64,000 nucleotides of DNA from a virus: positions 6,864-70,863 of IMG/VR virus record IMGVR_UViG_3300045806_000119. The stretch is one strand, 5' to 3'. Made by a program: the position numbers and the translations under genes. Shown here piece after piece: positions 29,323-39,570 of the stretch (the first letter of the stretch is position 1; each line of letters begins with the position of its first letter). A model generated the notes under the pieces. The model saw only the letters and a list, made by a program, of their open reading frames with translations, was not told where the DNA came from and ran no database searches.

Positions 29323-30633
29323 TTACCTCTTCGGTACGGGCTGGGGGTTGGTTGTGCGGGTCGGCGGCGTACCCTTGTTGTAGAAGGTGCCGGCGTCTCC
29401 CGCGGGGTTGGTCACCATGACGCCGACGTACGGGGGCTGACCACCGGCGTCTGCGTTATTCGTGTTAGCCAGCTTTTCTCCGCCCTTCCCCATGGCGTTG
29501 CGCTTCCACTGACACGACGTCGAGGACGAGGTGCCGCTGATCTGGCTGTGCTCCTCGAAGCAGTACCACTTCCCCGCCAGCTGCTTCTCGATGCCAGCCC
29601 ACACGAAGATGTCACCCGGCGTGATGCTCGCCGTCAGCGGGTGGTCGCTCGTCGCCTCGTTGCACTTGTCGAGCATCTGCTGTCGGGCGACGGTGGCAAG
29701 GGCCTTCGTGTTGAGCCCCGAGGGCACCGGCGTCGACACGTCTGCCTTCGGCTGCACGTAGAGCTGAGCCCCACTCGGAGATACCGACAGGTTGTTGGTC
29801 GCAGCGATGCCCACGCCCCCCTTCGTGTGGTCATCCACCACGTCCTTCACGCCCGCGCCCTTCTCGTGGTCCGTGCTCGCCATGCCGGCTTGCGCCGGCC
29901 CAAGGCTCTTCACCTTCGGCCGGAAGCTCTTCACATACGAGTGCTCAGTGGCGTCGCTGTAGTAGGTCAGCGTGGCCTTCGGCGCCGCCCCGTACCTCTT
30001 CTTGCGGAACGTGAGAGTGGCCGGCGAGCCCGTGACGTACACCTCGTAATCAATGAGGACGGCGAGGTCCCGCAAGAACCGAATGTCATTGACGTCGTTC
30101 GGCTGAATCCAGCGCTTCTTCGGCATGTCGTTCGAGGGCTCGACGACGGCCGAGAACCCGTGCTTCGCCGCGATGGCTTTGGCGATGTCGCTAGACGGCA
30201 CCAGCCCCCAGTTCTTCGCCGAGCTTTTCGTGGCCGCCGTGAGCAGAGCGTCGTAGAGGGTGACGGTCACGGTCACCTTCGCCTCGTACACAGGGGCCAC
30301 CTCCCGGATCATCCCGAGGGTGACAGGCGACAGGTCGTTGAAGAACCCGTAGCGAAACTCCCACGTCGTGTTCGGCAGCAGCCGGGGGTCGTCGAGGAGC
30401 TTCCGGTCATCGTTGCGGAAAACGAACTTCGTCTCGGCGCTCTTTGCCAGGGTGCGCTTGTGACTAAAACTCGTAGTAATGCGCAGCAGGTCGTTCGCCG
30501 GCTGCCCCTTGATCGACAGCAGCAGCACCGGCGAGTTGTTCCGCCGGCTCCAGTCTGCCGTTCCTTCCTGCTTCGCCGCCGACCCTGCTCCCGGCCCGCT
30601 TTTCGTTCCGCCGGCTCCTCCCGCGTGAGGCAC
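29323..30633 (-). CDS. Baseplate hub (gpD / late control D-like)
   Basis: SDIAKAIAAKHG, Q..NDIRFLRDLA, GKWY; gene position. Confidence 0.8.
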   Translation of the reverse strand: MPHAGGAGGTKSGPGAGSAAKQEGTADWSRRNNSPVLLLSIKGQPANDLLRITTSFSHKRTLAKSAETKFVFRNDDRKLLDDPRLLPNTTWEFRYGFFNDLSPVTLGMIREVAPVYEAKVTVTVTLYDALLTAATKSSAKNWGLVPSSDIAKAIAAKHGFSAVVEPSNDMPKKRWIQPNDVNDIRFLRDLAVLIDYEVYVTGSPATLTFRKKRYGAAPKATLTYYSDATEHSYVKSFRPKVKSLGPAQAGMASTDHEKGAGVKDVVDDHTKGGVGIAATNNLSVSPSGAQLYVQPKADVSTPVPSGLNTKALATVARQQMLDKCNEATSDHPLTASITPGDIFVWAGIEKQLAGKWYCFEEHSQISGTSSSTSCQWKRNAMGKGGEKLANTNNADAGGQPPYVGVMVTNPAGDAGTFYNKGTPPTRTTNPQPVPKR

Positions 30634-30636
30634 GGC

Positions 30637-31251
30637 TCAGCCCACCAGCGTGGAAAGCGGGTTATCGAAATTCAGTGCGTTGAAGAACGCTCTGTTGGGA
30701 CTCGGGCACACGAGCTGCACGGGCAGCTGGGCCACGCTAGACACACGGGATAGCGCGAACGGGATAGAGCCCACCAGCGTCACGGGCGTGATGGTCACGA
30801 TCAGGTTGTTCGTGTCTACGCCGATGACCGTCGTCGTGAAGCTCACGGGATTGGACGGGTTCAAGTCCTCGACATAGATGGTCATCCCCCGCTGAAACTT
30901 CCCCGCGTCCGCCGCCGAGCGCAGGGAGAGTTGCGTCACGGTACCCGTCGCCGTCGCCGCCAGCTGCGCGAGGTACGTGTTCTGCGTCACCGGCTGCAGG
31001 TCCGTGAATGGGTCTACGATCTCGCTGTAGTCGGCCACGATCCACCACCGGCGGCCGTCTCCGAGCTTCTTCCAGCCGATGCGGCTCCAGTTGTCTCCCG
31101 ACGCGGGCACGAACCGCTGATTGTCCGCCGCATTGATGGTCATGAGTGCGGGCCGGATGTCGAGGTGCTCCCTCTCGACCAGCGCCCCGGCAGCGTTCAC
31201 GACGTGCATGATGACGGCGAGGTTGTTCCTTGATTCTGACCCGATTGCCAT
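30637..31251 (-). CDS. LysM / tail X-like protein
   Basis: GDNWSRIGWKKLGDGRRWWIVADYSEIVDP. Confidence 0.7.
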   Translation of the reverse strand: MAIGSESRNNLAVIMHVVNAAGALVEREHLDIRPALMTINAADNQRFVPASGDNWSRIGWKKLGDGRRWWIVADYSEIVDPFTDLQPVTQNTYLAQLAATATGTVTQLSLRSAADAGKFQRGMTIYVEDLNPSNPVSFTTTVIGVDTNNLIVTITPVTLVGSIPFALSRVSSVAQLPVQLVCPSPNRAFFNALNFDNPLSTLVG

Positions 31252-31802
31252 TAGCTTCTCCTCCAGATGTCAGAGGCGTAGACGGACTCGTCTTGAATGC
31301 GCTTCAGCGTGATGCTCACCTCCGCCTCGGTCAGGTTCAGCTGGTAGTCCCAGCGCTTCTCCTCCACGTCCGCCGACGTGACGAAGACAACCACGCCCGG
31401 GTGGCGGCTCCCGAACGTGAACACGAACCTGTCGAGCCCCCCGTCTCCGCCGAGTGATGGGTCTGTCGGCGAGCAGGCCGCCTCCAAGAAGTCGACCTCC
31501 CCCTTGATGTTGAAGTCCCCAAGCCCGGTGCTGCCGTCAGCTCCGTTAGCGAATTGCCGCTGGTACTGCCGGAGGCGCATCTCGCCGGAGAGCTTCAGCT
31601 TGAACTTGAGGTCCTTCACCTTCCCGCTCGCGAAGCGAACGAGCGGGTCAGAGAACCCCGGAATGTTGTCCTCCGACACGTTCGCGGAGAACGGCGCAGA
31701 GATGCTCTCCGGGTTCATGGTGAAGGTGTACGAGTCACCCGTCCGGTAGTTGGACAGCTGCCCCTTGACGATCTTCGGACCACCGTAGAAGCTAATGGCC
31801 AT
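31251..31802 (-). CDS. Tube initiator / CIS tube-like protein
   Basis: FTMNPESIS..F..N, FVFTFG, AEVSITLK; follows the tape measure gene. Confidence 0.7.
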   Translation of the reverse strand: MAISFYGGPKIVKGQLSNYRTGDSYTFTMNPESISAPFSANVSEDNIPGFSDPLVRFASGKVKDLKFKLKLSGEMRLRQYQRQFANGADGSTGLGDFNIKGEVDFLEAACSPTDPSLGGDGGLDRFVFTFGSRHPGVVVFVTSADVEEKRWDYQLNLTEAEVSITLKRIQDESVYASDIWRRS

Positions 31803-34222
31803 TAGTGGTCTCCTGCCACGCTCATGTTGAGGTCACGCTGCACAGCCCCGACCCGTTCTCCGCTCATGTTGACGTGGCTGACCTTCTCCTTCTCGATGGT
31901 CAGCAACTCCTGCCGCAGGTCCGCCAGCATCTCCTTGTGCGCGGCCATCATCGCCTTTTGGACGTCGTTGGCCTTGCCCTGCTCGTCCGCCACAACCGAC
32001 GCTCGTAGTGCTGCCGTGTCGTCCGTTCCGCCTCCGCCGGCTGCGCCGATGAACGCATCCCTACCCGCATCCCTGGCCGCGTACACGGCCCCCGTGTCCG
32101 CGGAGCCCTTGGGGGCGCTCGCCAGGTTGCCACCCCTCATCGACGCCTCGATCTCCGGCGTCAGGATGCCCGCGTTACGAGACGCCTCCAGGTTACCCTC
32201 GTAGCCCAGCCCCTCGTCGTAGGTGCCCTGCCCCCGCATCCACTTCTCCATCGCCGTGCGCTGACGCTCGCTTTGCAGCGCCTGTCGATGCGAGGACCCA
32301 ACGCCTGAGTCCATGTTCTGAAGCGCGGCCCCGGCTCGGTCGTCCGCGCTCAGGATGTCAGCGTCGGTGCCAAGCTGAGACGCGAAGCTCCCCGTGACGC
32401 TCCAGGCCGTACCGATGTTGCTGACACCCTCTTTGATGACTTTTCCAGCAGCAGCCCAGTCCCCTTTGAGCACGCTATCGAGCGCCATGACGAGCGACGC
32501 CACGGCTTCCACCAGCGTGTAGACAGTGGAGACGATGGTCGAGAGGGCCGTCTCCGTCGCGTGGAAGATGACCGAGCCTACGTCCCACATGACCTTCATC
32601 GCCAGCATGATGCGGCCGAACGCCGAGGCCACCTTCAAGGCCATCGACTCCCACTTCTCCATCGAGTCCGTCTTGCCGTCGACATTGAAGCCGAAGACGT
32701 CGAGCATCGGCGAAAACACGCTAGACAGGTAATCGCCAACGTCCTCCATCGCTGCCCCGAACTCCTGCATCGCGACGTGCGCCTTGTGCACGGTCGACCA
32801 GATGTTCAGGAACGTCTCCTCCATTCCGGCCTTCTTCAGCTTCTCACCCTGCTCGACGGTGATCTGCGAGGTCGTCCCGTCGTAGGTGCGCCACGCCTCG
32901 CTCAGCGCGTCCAGGAGAACCTTCAGCGTCTCCAGCCGGTCCGACACGCCGCCGACGTTGTCCCCCACCTGCTTCGAGCCGATCCACAGCAGCGACAGGA
33001 CACCAGCTAGCAACAACCCACCAGCGACCACTGCCTCTAGCCCAAGCGCAATCGGTGCAAGAGAGAGCATGATCGCGTCGAAAGAGGTGGCAACCAGCAC
33101 GGAGGCCCCCGCGACGGTCATCAGGGAGCCCGCCAGCATGGCCCCCGCGACGGTCATCAGGACCATCCCCATCGCCACCTTCGGCAGCCACGGGGCAGCG
33201 CTCAGCAGGCCGCGCCCCATGTCGATTAGTCCGGCCGCCGTGTGGAACACCCAACCGACTGCCCGCTCGATCATCTGAAACGCATCAGCGATGCCCTTGA
33301 TGGCGTCCTTATCCTCCAGCAACCTCTGGAGCGCGTCCACGAAGTCCTTCAAGCCGATAGTGATTAGCTTGATTCCGCCGTTACCGGCGATGGCCTCCTT
33401 CAGCTGCTCGAACTTGTCCTTCATCAGCTGCAACTGGAACGACAGGTTCAGCTCCTTCATCTTCGTGGCACCGCCGTAGAACTTTCCGAGCGTCTCGATG
33501 ATGCCCTCGAAGCTCTTCTGCATGTCACCAGCCGACCCGGCCATCTTCTTCTTCATCTCTTCGATGAGGTGAGGGCTCATCCCGAGCCCCATCTTGAACT
33601 CGCGAAAGTTGCCGACCATCGCCTCGTGAACACCACGCAGCAGTCGGCCGCTCTCGCTCATCTTCAGGCCGGTCCCGGCCAGAGTGTCCTGGAGCACCTC
33701 CAACGAGTTCGCCATCCCGCCCGTCTTCGTCTTGAACTTGGTGATCTCGCCCGTCAAAAGGGAGTTAGCGCCGAACACGTTGACGCCGGTCTTCCCGAGG
33801 TTGGCCACCGCGTCCGCGGTCTCCTTGAACGTGAAGGCCAGAGTTTGCGACGCCTCCAGCGTCTTCGCGTACATCTCTTGTGAGTGCGCGCCGAAGGAGA
33901 AGTCCAAGGACGACCGGATGTCCTCGAACTCCTCGGCTACCTCAACGAAGCTCTCGACGATCTCCTTCGCGTGCTCGACAACGCCATGGGCGAACTCGCG
34001 CCACTTCGCGCCAGTCTCCATGATCTCCTTGCCAAGCTCCTGCATGCGGGAGCCGTGGGTGGCCTCCCCCACCCTGTCGAGCTTCTCTCCGGCCTCCTCC
34101 ACGCCTTCCGACATCTTCTGCGACTCCCTGGCGACTTTCGAGAGAGCATCAGCAATTCGGACTAGCTGGCCCGCAGGGTCGCCAGATATTCCGAATTCGA
34201 GGGTGTGCTTTGAGCCGGACAT
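31802..34222 (-). CDS. Tape measure protein
   Basis: 806 aa, helical and Ala/Gly-rich with central hydrophobic segments; follows the chaperone. Confidence 0.85.
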   Translation of the reverse strand: MSGSKHTLEFGISGDPAGQLVRIADALSKVARESQKMSEGVEEAGEKLDRVGEATHGSRMQELGKEIMETGAKWREFAHGVVEHAKEIVESFVEVAEEFEDIRSSLDFSFGAHSQEMYAKTLEASQTLAFTFKETADAVANLGKTGVNVFGANSLLTGEITKFKTKTGGMANSLEVLQDTLAGTGLKMSESGRLLRGVHEAMVGNFREFKMGLGMSPHLIEEMKKKMAGSAGDMQKSFEGIIETLGKFYGGATKMKELNLSFQLQLMKDKFEQLKEAIAGNGGIKLITIGLKDFVDALQRLLEDKDAIKGIADAFQMIERAVGWVFHTAAGLIDMGRGLLSAAPWLPKVAMGMVLMTVAGAMLAGSLMTVAGASVLVATSFDAIMLSLAPIALGLEAVVAGGLLLAGVLSLLWIGSKQVGDNVGGVSDRLETLKVLLDALSEAWRTYDGTTSQITVEQGEKLKKAGMEETFLNIWSTVHKAHVAMQEFGAAMEDVGDYLSSVFSPMLDVFGFNVDGKTDSMEKWESMALKVASAFGRIMLAMKVMWDVGSVIFHATETALSTIVSTVYTLVEAVASLVMALDSVLKGDWAAAGKVIKEGVSNIGTAWSVTGSFASQLGTDADILSADDRAGAALQNMDSGVGSSHRQALQSERQRTAMEKWMRGQGTYDEGLGYEGNLEASRNAGILTPEIEASMRGGNLASAPKGSADTGAVYAARDAGRDAFIGAAGGGGTDDTAALRASVVADEQGKANDVQKAMMAAHKEMLADLRQELLTIEKEKVSHVNMSGERVGAVQRDLNMSVAGDH

Positions 34223-34224
34223 AG

Positions 34225-34452
34225 TTACCTCCGCGTGTTCGCTTCCGCTTCCGCCACCGCCTTGTTGTTCTCGCGCTCCCGGCGCTCCTGCAGCTTGGCG
34301 ATGTGAAACATGCGCTCTTCAATCGTCAGGGAGCGGACTTCCGAGGGTGCCCAGCGGTACTCGTGCCCGAGGACTCCGATGTCGTAATAGAGACGCGGTA
34401 GGGGGTCGCCTCCATCTCCGTCTTCGGCGAACCCGCCGCCGGGAAGAAAAAA
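34225..34452 (-). CDS. C-terminal extension of the tail assembly chaperone, reached by -1 frameshift
   Basis: Slippery T TTT TTC at 34452-34446. The -1 frame reads ...LYYDIGVLGHEYRWAPSEVRSLTIEERMFHI...* and stops 2 nt before the tape measure ATG. Confidence 0.8.
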   Translation of the reverse strand, partial: FFLPGGGFAEDGDGGDPLPRLYYDIGVLGHEYRWAPSEVRSLTIEERMFHIAKLQERRERENNKAVAEAEANTRR

Positions 34453-35174
34453 CTTCGCACTTCAATGGGCATCGAGTCCTTGAAGGTCTTCCCGCACGCT
34501 TTGCACTCCATGAGCAGCTCGGTGTCGATGCCGCCGCTCTTCGAGTCCATCACCTGCCGGATGGCGTTCCGGGTGCTCCAGTCGAGGGCCTTGATCGTCG
34601 ACGCATCCGGCACCTCGCCGTTCAGCTGCTGAATCTGCATTAGCAGCTCTTTGGTGGCCTTCTCCTTCGCGTAGTCCGACTTGATGCTGAGCAGCAGATG
34701 CTCGTCGCGGACGAACAGCGGCCGGAACTTCACGGTGACCTTTTCGCCATCTTCGAGATCGATGACCTCGGTGAACGTGTCCTGGCCCCGCGCGGCTTCA
34801 GGCTGCTCGTCGACAACGAGCTTCCGCAGGTCCACCCGGTGCTTCCCGATCTTCTCGCAGCGCGGGCAAGACGCCTCGAAGCGGTAGATAGGCGAGATAC
34901 CCCAGCTCCGAAGGCTGACCAACATGAAGGTCGTGTCCGCCATGAGGAAGCGCTCGTCGAACACCTTCTCGATCATCATCGGATCGGTCACGTTTCCGAC
35001 CCGCACGAGCACGCGCTTGATCAGGCGGTTGAGCACGTTGCCGCGCTTCATCTCCACCTTGTCGAGGATGAAGTCCTCGTCGTTGCCGTCGAGCTTGCGC
35101 AGCTCGATTTCGCGCACGACGCCACCAGCGCCATCAGAGAATCCGTTGGGGAGCATGAACAGAGCAGAACGCAT
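34326..35174 (-). CDS. Tail assembly chaperone (T4 gp26-like, CxxC pairs)
   Basis: CPRC and CKAC, ends EVRSFFFP; lies between tube and tape measure genes. Confidence 0.75.
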   Translation of the reverse strand: MRSALFMLPNGFSDGAGGVVREIELRKLDGNDEDFILDKVEMKRGNVLNRLIKRVLVRVGNVTDPMMIEKVFDERFLMADTTFMLVSLRSWGISPIYRFEASCPRCEKIGKHRVDLRKLVVDEQPEAARGQDTFTEVIDLEDGEKVTVKFRPLFVRDEHLLLSIKSDYAKEKATKELLMQIQQLNGEVPDASTIKALDWSTRNAIRQVMDSKSGGIDTELLMECKACGKTFKDSMPIEVRSFFFPAAGSPKTEMEATPYRVSITTSESSGTSTAGHPRKSAP

Positions 35175-35258
35175 TGGGAATTCCTTTAGTGAAAATGTTA
35201 CGAGCCCCGACCCGCCTCGCCGTTGGAGGGAGCCGGGGCTCGCTTGCCTCCGAAGGTA

Positions 35259-35810
35259 CTACAGGCCGGCCGTCGAGGTCACGAGGCGGTACCCCTCATG
35301 CACGATGGTGAGCTTCTCCAGCACGTTGTTGCTCGACATCGCCTCCAGGTCGGGGAAGGGGACAGAGCCCTTGGGCCACGCCTCCGAGAGCCGCCACCGC
35401 AGCCGCTCCGCGCCGGTCTTGTCGAACATGACGACGTCGATGGAACGGCGGAACGTGCCAGAGCTGCCCGCCGGGGTGGTGGGCGTCGACTGCGTCGAGG
35501 CGTCGTAGACCTGGTTATACCAATTCAGCATGTCCATCGAGCCCTGACCGGCGAGTAGGATGACTCCGCGCTCCAGCGTGACGTCCGCGAAGGTCGTGCG
35601 TCCCGGGCTCTTCTGATCGGTCGAGCTTCCGCCCTCGGCGTACTTGACGACCTCCGTCTCCGCGCTGAGCCCCTTCATCGAGGCGAAGCCGAAACGGGCG
35701 AAGTTGTCGACCTCGATGATGTACCGCCAGGTCTTCAGCGGGTCTTCCTGGTCGGTCCGGTTGAACGCTGCGAGGAAGGGCAGCACCGGCTTGAGGATTC
35801 GTGACTTCAT
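35259..35810 (-). CDS. Tail tube protein (T4 gp19-like)
   Basis: DPLKTWRYIIEV, GLSAETEVVKYAEGG, KSPGRTTFADVTLERG, W.L.EAWP; starts MKSRILKPVLPFLAAF. Confidence 0.92.
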   Translation of the reverse strand: MKSRILKPVLPFLAAFNRTDQEDPLKTWRYIIEVDNFARFGFASMKGLSAETEVVKYAEGGSSTDQKSPGRTTFADVTLERGVILLAGQGSMDMLNWYNQVYDASTQSTPTTPAGSSGTFRRSIDVVMFDKTGAERLRWRLSEAWPKGSVPFPDLEAMSSNNVLEKLTIVHEGYRLVTSTAGL

Positions 35811-35821
35811 GGCTGGCCCTT

Positions 35822-38266
35822 TCACGATCCCACCGCCACGGCGATTGCCTGGTTCTGGGAAACGTTGATAATGAGGTTTTCTACGACGAGCGGGATGCTC
35901 ACCTGTATGTCCTCCAGCATCTGCCCCGCAGCGACGAGGTTCTGCGGGTTGTTGTCCGTGTCGCACTTCGTGAAGTACGCCGCGTTGCGCGTCGTGCCGC
36001 TCAGGGTCCCTCGCTTCCACTCCCCTTCGAGGAAGTTGTCCGTCGCGCGCTTCAGCTTGGCGCGCGTGGCCGGGGTGTTCGGCTCGAAGATGACGAAGCG
36101 CGACCCGGTCTTCAGCGACTGCTCCAGGTAGATCATCGTCCGGCGCACGCTGATCTGCGTGTAGACGCTGTTCTCCATCGTCCGCGAGCCCTCGACGCAG
36201 ATACCCGCGCCGGGGACGTTGAAACTCGCATTGACGTTGAGCGGGTACAGAAGCGCGTAGTCGTCATCAGAGAGATTCCGCTCGACGTCCTGCACGCCGA
36301 GAATTTGCCCCGTGACGTCACCCGCCGGAGCCTTCTGGATGCCCTGCGCGTTGTCCGTCCGGCAGTACATACCCATGATGTACCCCTCGGGCGGGCTCAT
36401 CGCGAGCTGCCCGGTCAGCTTCGAGATGATCTTGTACCAGATGGCGTAGAACGCCGCGTACGATGTGGAGCCCAGCGACTGCCGGTACGTCGCGATGGCC
36501 GTCGTGCTGGCGTTCAGCTGCGAGGCAACGATGCCGAAGAGGAACTTCCACGAGTCGCAGAGCTGGATGAGCGTCTGCGAGATGAACCCGTTCGTCCCCG
36601 ACAGGCCAGGGAGCGCAAGGATACGGAGGTCGCGCATCGCCTTCATGGCGTAGACACCCGTGTACGGCAGCGTCGCATTCTGGCCGATGTAGTCGAGGTC
36701 CGCGAAGGTCGTGCAGTTCGACCCGCCCGACAGGTAGTCACCGGACGAGATCACGTTGACCGGCCGGAGGTCCACGTTCGCCGTGCTCGTGACGCCGAGG
36801 TCTGTCACGGTCACGAGGTACTCCGGGTTGAGCGCGTTCGCCCCGAGGCTTCCCGACAGCACGCCACCGAGGACAGTGGCGAAGTAGTTCTGCGTGGACA
36901 GCGGCGACTGCCGCAGGCCCGTGATGGGTCCCGTGATGGTGCTCCCGCCGTAGAGCACCGTCAGCGCGAACGCCTCCATCGTGACGGTCGTCGTCGCGAC
37001 GTTGAGGGCACCCGTCAGCGTCGGCGCATTCTGGAAGGTGACGACGTTGCCCTGGATGCTCGCCACCACTCCGCGAAGCGTTGCCGAGGTTCCGCTGTCG
37101 AAGAGGCTGACGGTGTCCCCCACCGTCAGCCGGTTGATGGCGTAGCTCGCGAGAGTGACGCTCGCGATGGAGCCAGCCGCCGCAGCCACCGTCAGCGACA
37201 GGCCGAGAACGGAGTTCTGCGGAGTCACGACGACGGAAATGTTGTTAGCGTCGTAGCCTTCTCCGACTGCCGTCAGCGTGAAGAGGTTCGTGGGCGCCGA
37301 CGCCGACCCCGTGTAGGCCGTCAGGTTGAAGCCAGCGACGAGCGACACACCCGTGCCGCTGGTGAACTGAATCTTCGAGGTGGCGCCCGTCGTGTTCGAC
37401 TTGCCCGCGAGGGTCCCTGTCGTGTTGTTGCCGACCCACGTCGAGCCCGGGGTGATGAACGCGGCGTTGAAGATCGTGGCCAGCTCCGTCGCGAGCACCG
37501 CATCGACGTTCGCCACGTTCGATCCGCCCGTGAGCGTGAACGCACCGACCGCGAGGCCGAGGCTCGCGAGAACGTCGGCAGAGCCCGAGACGACAGAGCC
37601 CGAGGACGACGAGCCAGCACGGTCCGCCGTGATCTTGACCTGACCGCCGGAGATGGTGGCGGTGCCACCGCGAATCTGCGCGTTGATGGCAGCGGCGTAG
37701 AGGAGGTTCGTGTTCTCCGTCCCCGCGAAGGTCACCGTCTGGTTCGCGACGCCTGCGAGGGCGAGGACGAGGGTGTGCGCAGCGGTCGGCGCGGCGAAAG
37801 TACCCGCGACACCCGTGATGCTTGCCTGGTTTGCAACGATGGTCGCCGTCTGTGCGACGCCAGCGTCTTCGAGGCAGAGGAACGTAGCACCAGGGAAGAG
37901 CGCGGCCGGGAACGCCCCAGCGCTCGACGACAGGCTACCCGCCGAGGCTGCGCCGCCCGCGCTCGCCATCGTGAGGGCCGCCTTCACGTTCGTACCCGTC
38001 GAGCTTCCGAGGACGCGGCAGACGTAGCAAACCGTGCCGCCGTTCCCGAAGAACGCTTCCACGCTCTCCGTGAGGTAGCTGCTCGGGTCATACGCGCCGA
38101 AGATGCGGACGTACTGCGCGAACGACGTGATTCGGATGGGGACGGCGACAGGGCCGCGCAGCGCGCGCCCGACGAAGCCTCCGATGTTCTTCGTGGCGCC
38201 CCTGATCTGGGGCACCGCCGTTGTGACTTCCCGGACGATGACTCCCGGGATGCTCGTGGTATTCAT
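35822..38266 (-). CDS. Contractile tail sheath protein
   Basis: PGVIVRE, FVGRALRGP, FFGNGG, QKAPAG, NVN, GSRT, ISVRRT, FEPN. Confidence 0.95.
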   Translation of the reverse strand: MNTTSIPGVIVREVTTAVPQIRGATKNIGGFVGRALRGPVAVPIRITSFAQYVRIFGAYDPSSYLTESVEAFFGNGGTVCYVCRVLGSSTGTNVKAALTMASAGGAASAGSLSSSAGAFPAALFPGATFLCLEDAGVAQTATIVANQASITGVAGTFAAPTAAHTLVLALAGVANQTVTFAGTENTNLLYAAAINAQIRGGTATISGGQVKITADRAGSSSSGSVVSGSADVLASLGLAVGAFTLTGGSNVANVDAVLATELATIFNAAFITPGSTWVGNNTTGTLAGKSNTTGATSKIQFTSGTGVSLVAGFNLTAYTGSASAPTNLFTLTAVGEGYDANNISVVVTPQNSVLGLSLTVAAAAGSIASVTLASYAINRLTVGDTVSLFDSGTSATLRGVVASIQGNVVTFQNAPTLTGALNVATTTVTMEAFALTVLYGGSTITGPITGLRQSPLSTQNYFATVLGGVLSGSLGANALNPEYLVTVTDLGVTSTANVDLRPVNVISSGDYLSGGSNCTTFADLDYIGQNATLPYTGVYAMKAMRDLRILALPGLSGTNGFISQTLIQLCDSWKFLFGIVASQLNASTTAIATYRQSLGSTSYAAFYAIWYKIISKLTGQLAMSPPEGYIMGMYCRTDNAQGIQKAPAGDVTGQILGVQDVERNLSDDDYALLYPLNVNASFNVPGAGICVEGSRTMENSVYTQISVRRTMIYLEQSLKTGSRFVIFEPNTPATRAKLKRATDNFLEGEWKRGTLSGTTRNAAYFTKCDTDNNPQNLVAAGQMLEDIQVSIPLVVENLIINVSQNQAIAVAVGS

Positions 38267-38329
38267 TACTCGGTCTCCTCTCGACTGGCTGTAGTTCCCA
38301 AGGGGTCTTCCGCCCCTAGTTGTATCACG

Positions 38330-39136
38330 TCACCCCGTTGGAGAGGGGTCGTCCACGTCGGCGTCGCCGTCAGCAGAGCCCAGGTTGGGCTCCACTGTAA
38401 TGGTCGGCTCCTTGGTGAGGTTCGCGAAGGTGGCCAAATCCGTATTGTCCAGGTAGCCCTCCACCTTGTAGTTCCACACTTTGCAGTATTCGCGCTCGAC
38501 GCCTGGCGAGCCCGAACGCACCGCGTTCCTCTTGTCGAGGTCCGAGTAGCTCTCGTACATCATGTCCCAGTCCCGGTACGACCCGTCGTTCTGCGGCACG
38601 CGCAGGTAGTGACGCGGAGGAAACACGCTGTAGACATAGTTGACCAACAGCGCGCTCTGCACGGGGTCCTTCGCGTACGCACGCACCTCGACGACGATGT
38701 CGAAGGGGTGCTCCACGGGCCGGACCTTCGCCATCCGAGGCAGGCTCATCGTTGTGCCGTCAGAGAGCTGAATCGTCCGGGTCGACGAATTCACCGGAAC
38801 GACGTAGCCGTCCCCCTGATAGCTCGGGCTCTGAAACACGTACTCAGCGTACCGGGGCGTGACGTCGAGAATCTCGAACGTGATTGACGGATATACGCGC
38901 GTGAACAGCTGCCCTTCGACGTCGAAGTACAGGACGGGCACCTGCACGCCGCCCAGACGCACCCCATGGCTCTTGCCGAGGTACGCAGCGATGGTCGCTG
39001 GGGTATTGAGCCCCGCGACCTGGTCGGGCACCCCGCTCCCACGCTCCTTCTGAAGGTCCGCAAGCGACGCCACGAACTCCGCAGGCTTCCCTTCGAGCCG
39101 CGACGCCACGGCCATCATCGTGGCTAAATACGCCAT
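38330..39136 (-). CDS. Putative tail terminator / neck protein
   Basis: Directly upstream of the sheath gene; YPSITF motif; TAATG coupling at 39136. Confidence 0.55.
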   Translation of the reverse strand: MAYLATMMAVASRLEGKPAEFVASLADLQKERGSGVPDQVAGLNTPATIAAYLGKSHGVRLGGVQVPVLYFDVEGQLFTRVYPSITFEILDVTPRYAEYVFQSPSYQGDGYVVPVNSSTRTIQLSDGTTMSLPRMAKVRPVEHPFDIVVEVRAYAKDPVQSALLVNYVYSVFPPRHYLRVPQNDGSYRDWDMMYESYSDLDKRNAVRSGSPGVEREYCKVWNYKVEGYLDNTDLATFANLTKEPTITVEPNLGSADGDADVDDPSPTG

Positions 39137-39570
39137 TAGAGTCCTACTCCCTTGATGACGCGCTGCCAGAACTTCTCTGCCTGCGTCTGAAGCACCCATC
39201 GCACGAGCGGCCGGATGTGCGGACGAGCAGGTACGTTCCCCCACCCGTATTCGAGCAGCTCTCCTAGGTCCGCGTTGGCCATGTTCGTGTTCGTGCCCTT
39301 CGCTTCGATGGAGAGCGTGTTGTCGTCAGACACCTCGGAATCGTAACTATTGATGTACGTCCCCGTGTCGACCAGCGGCGGCTTTCCGTCCGGGTGCCGC
39401 TTCGGGGCGAGGCCAAGCGCCCCGCTCTTCACCTTCTTCTGGAGCCAGAGCACGGCTTCGCCGCCGAGGACAGCCAGCTCCCGCCTCACGACCGGGTCAA
39501 CGGCCTTCGCCGCTAGGCGCAGCTTCAGCTCGCTCTCAGAGAGCCCGGTCATGTGAACACGAATGGCCAT
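39136..39570 (-). CDS. HK97 gp10-like neck / tail completion protein
   Basis: PLVDTGTYINS, LEYG..NVPARPHIRP. Confidence 0.75.
   Translation of the reverse strand: MAIRVHMTGLSESELKLRLAAKAVDPVVRRELAVLGGEAVLWLQKKVKSGALGLAPKRHPDGKPPLVDTGTYINSYDSEVSDDNTLSIEAKGTNTNMANADLGELLEYGWGNVPARPHIRPLVRWVLQTQAEKFWQRVIKGVGL

Noticed and set aside
17209-39136. Stand-alone contractile injection system (eCIS/tailocin)
   Set aside because: Portal, capsid, terminase and replication genes are contiguous, so this is a phage tail.
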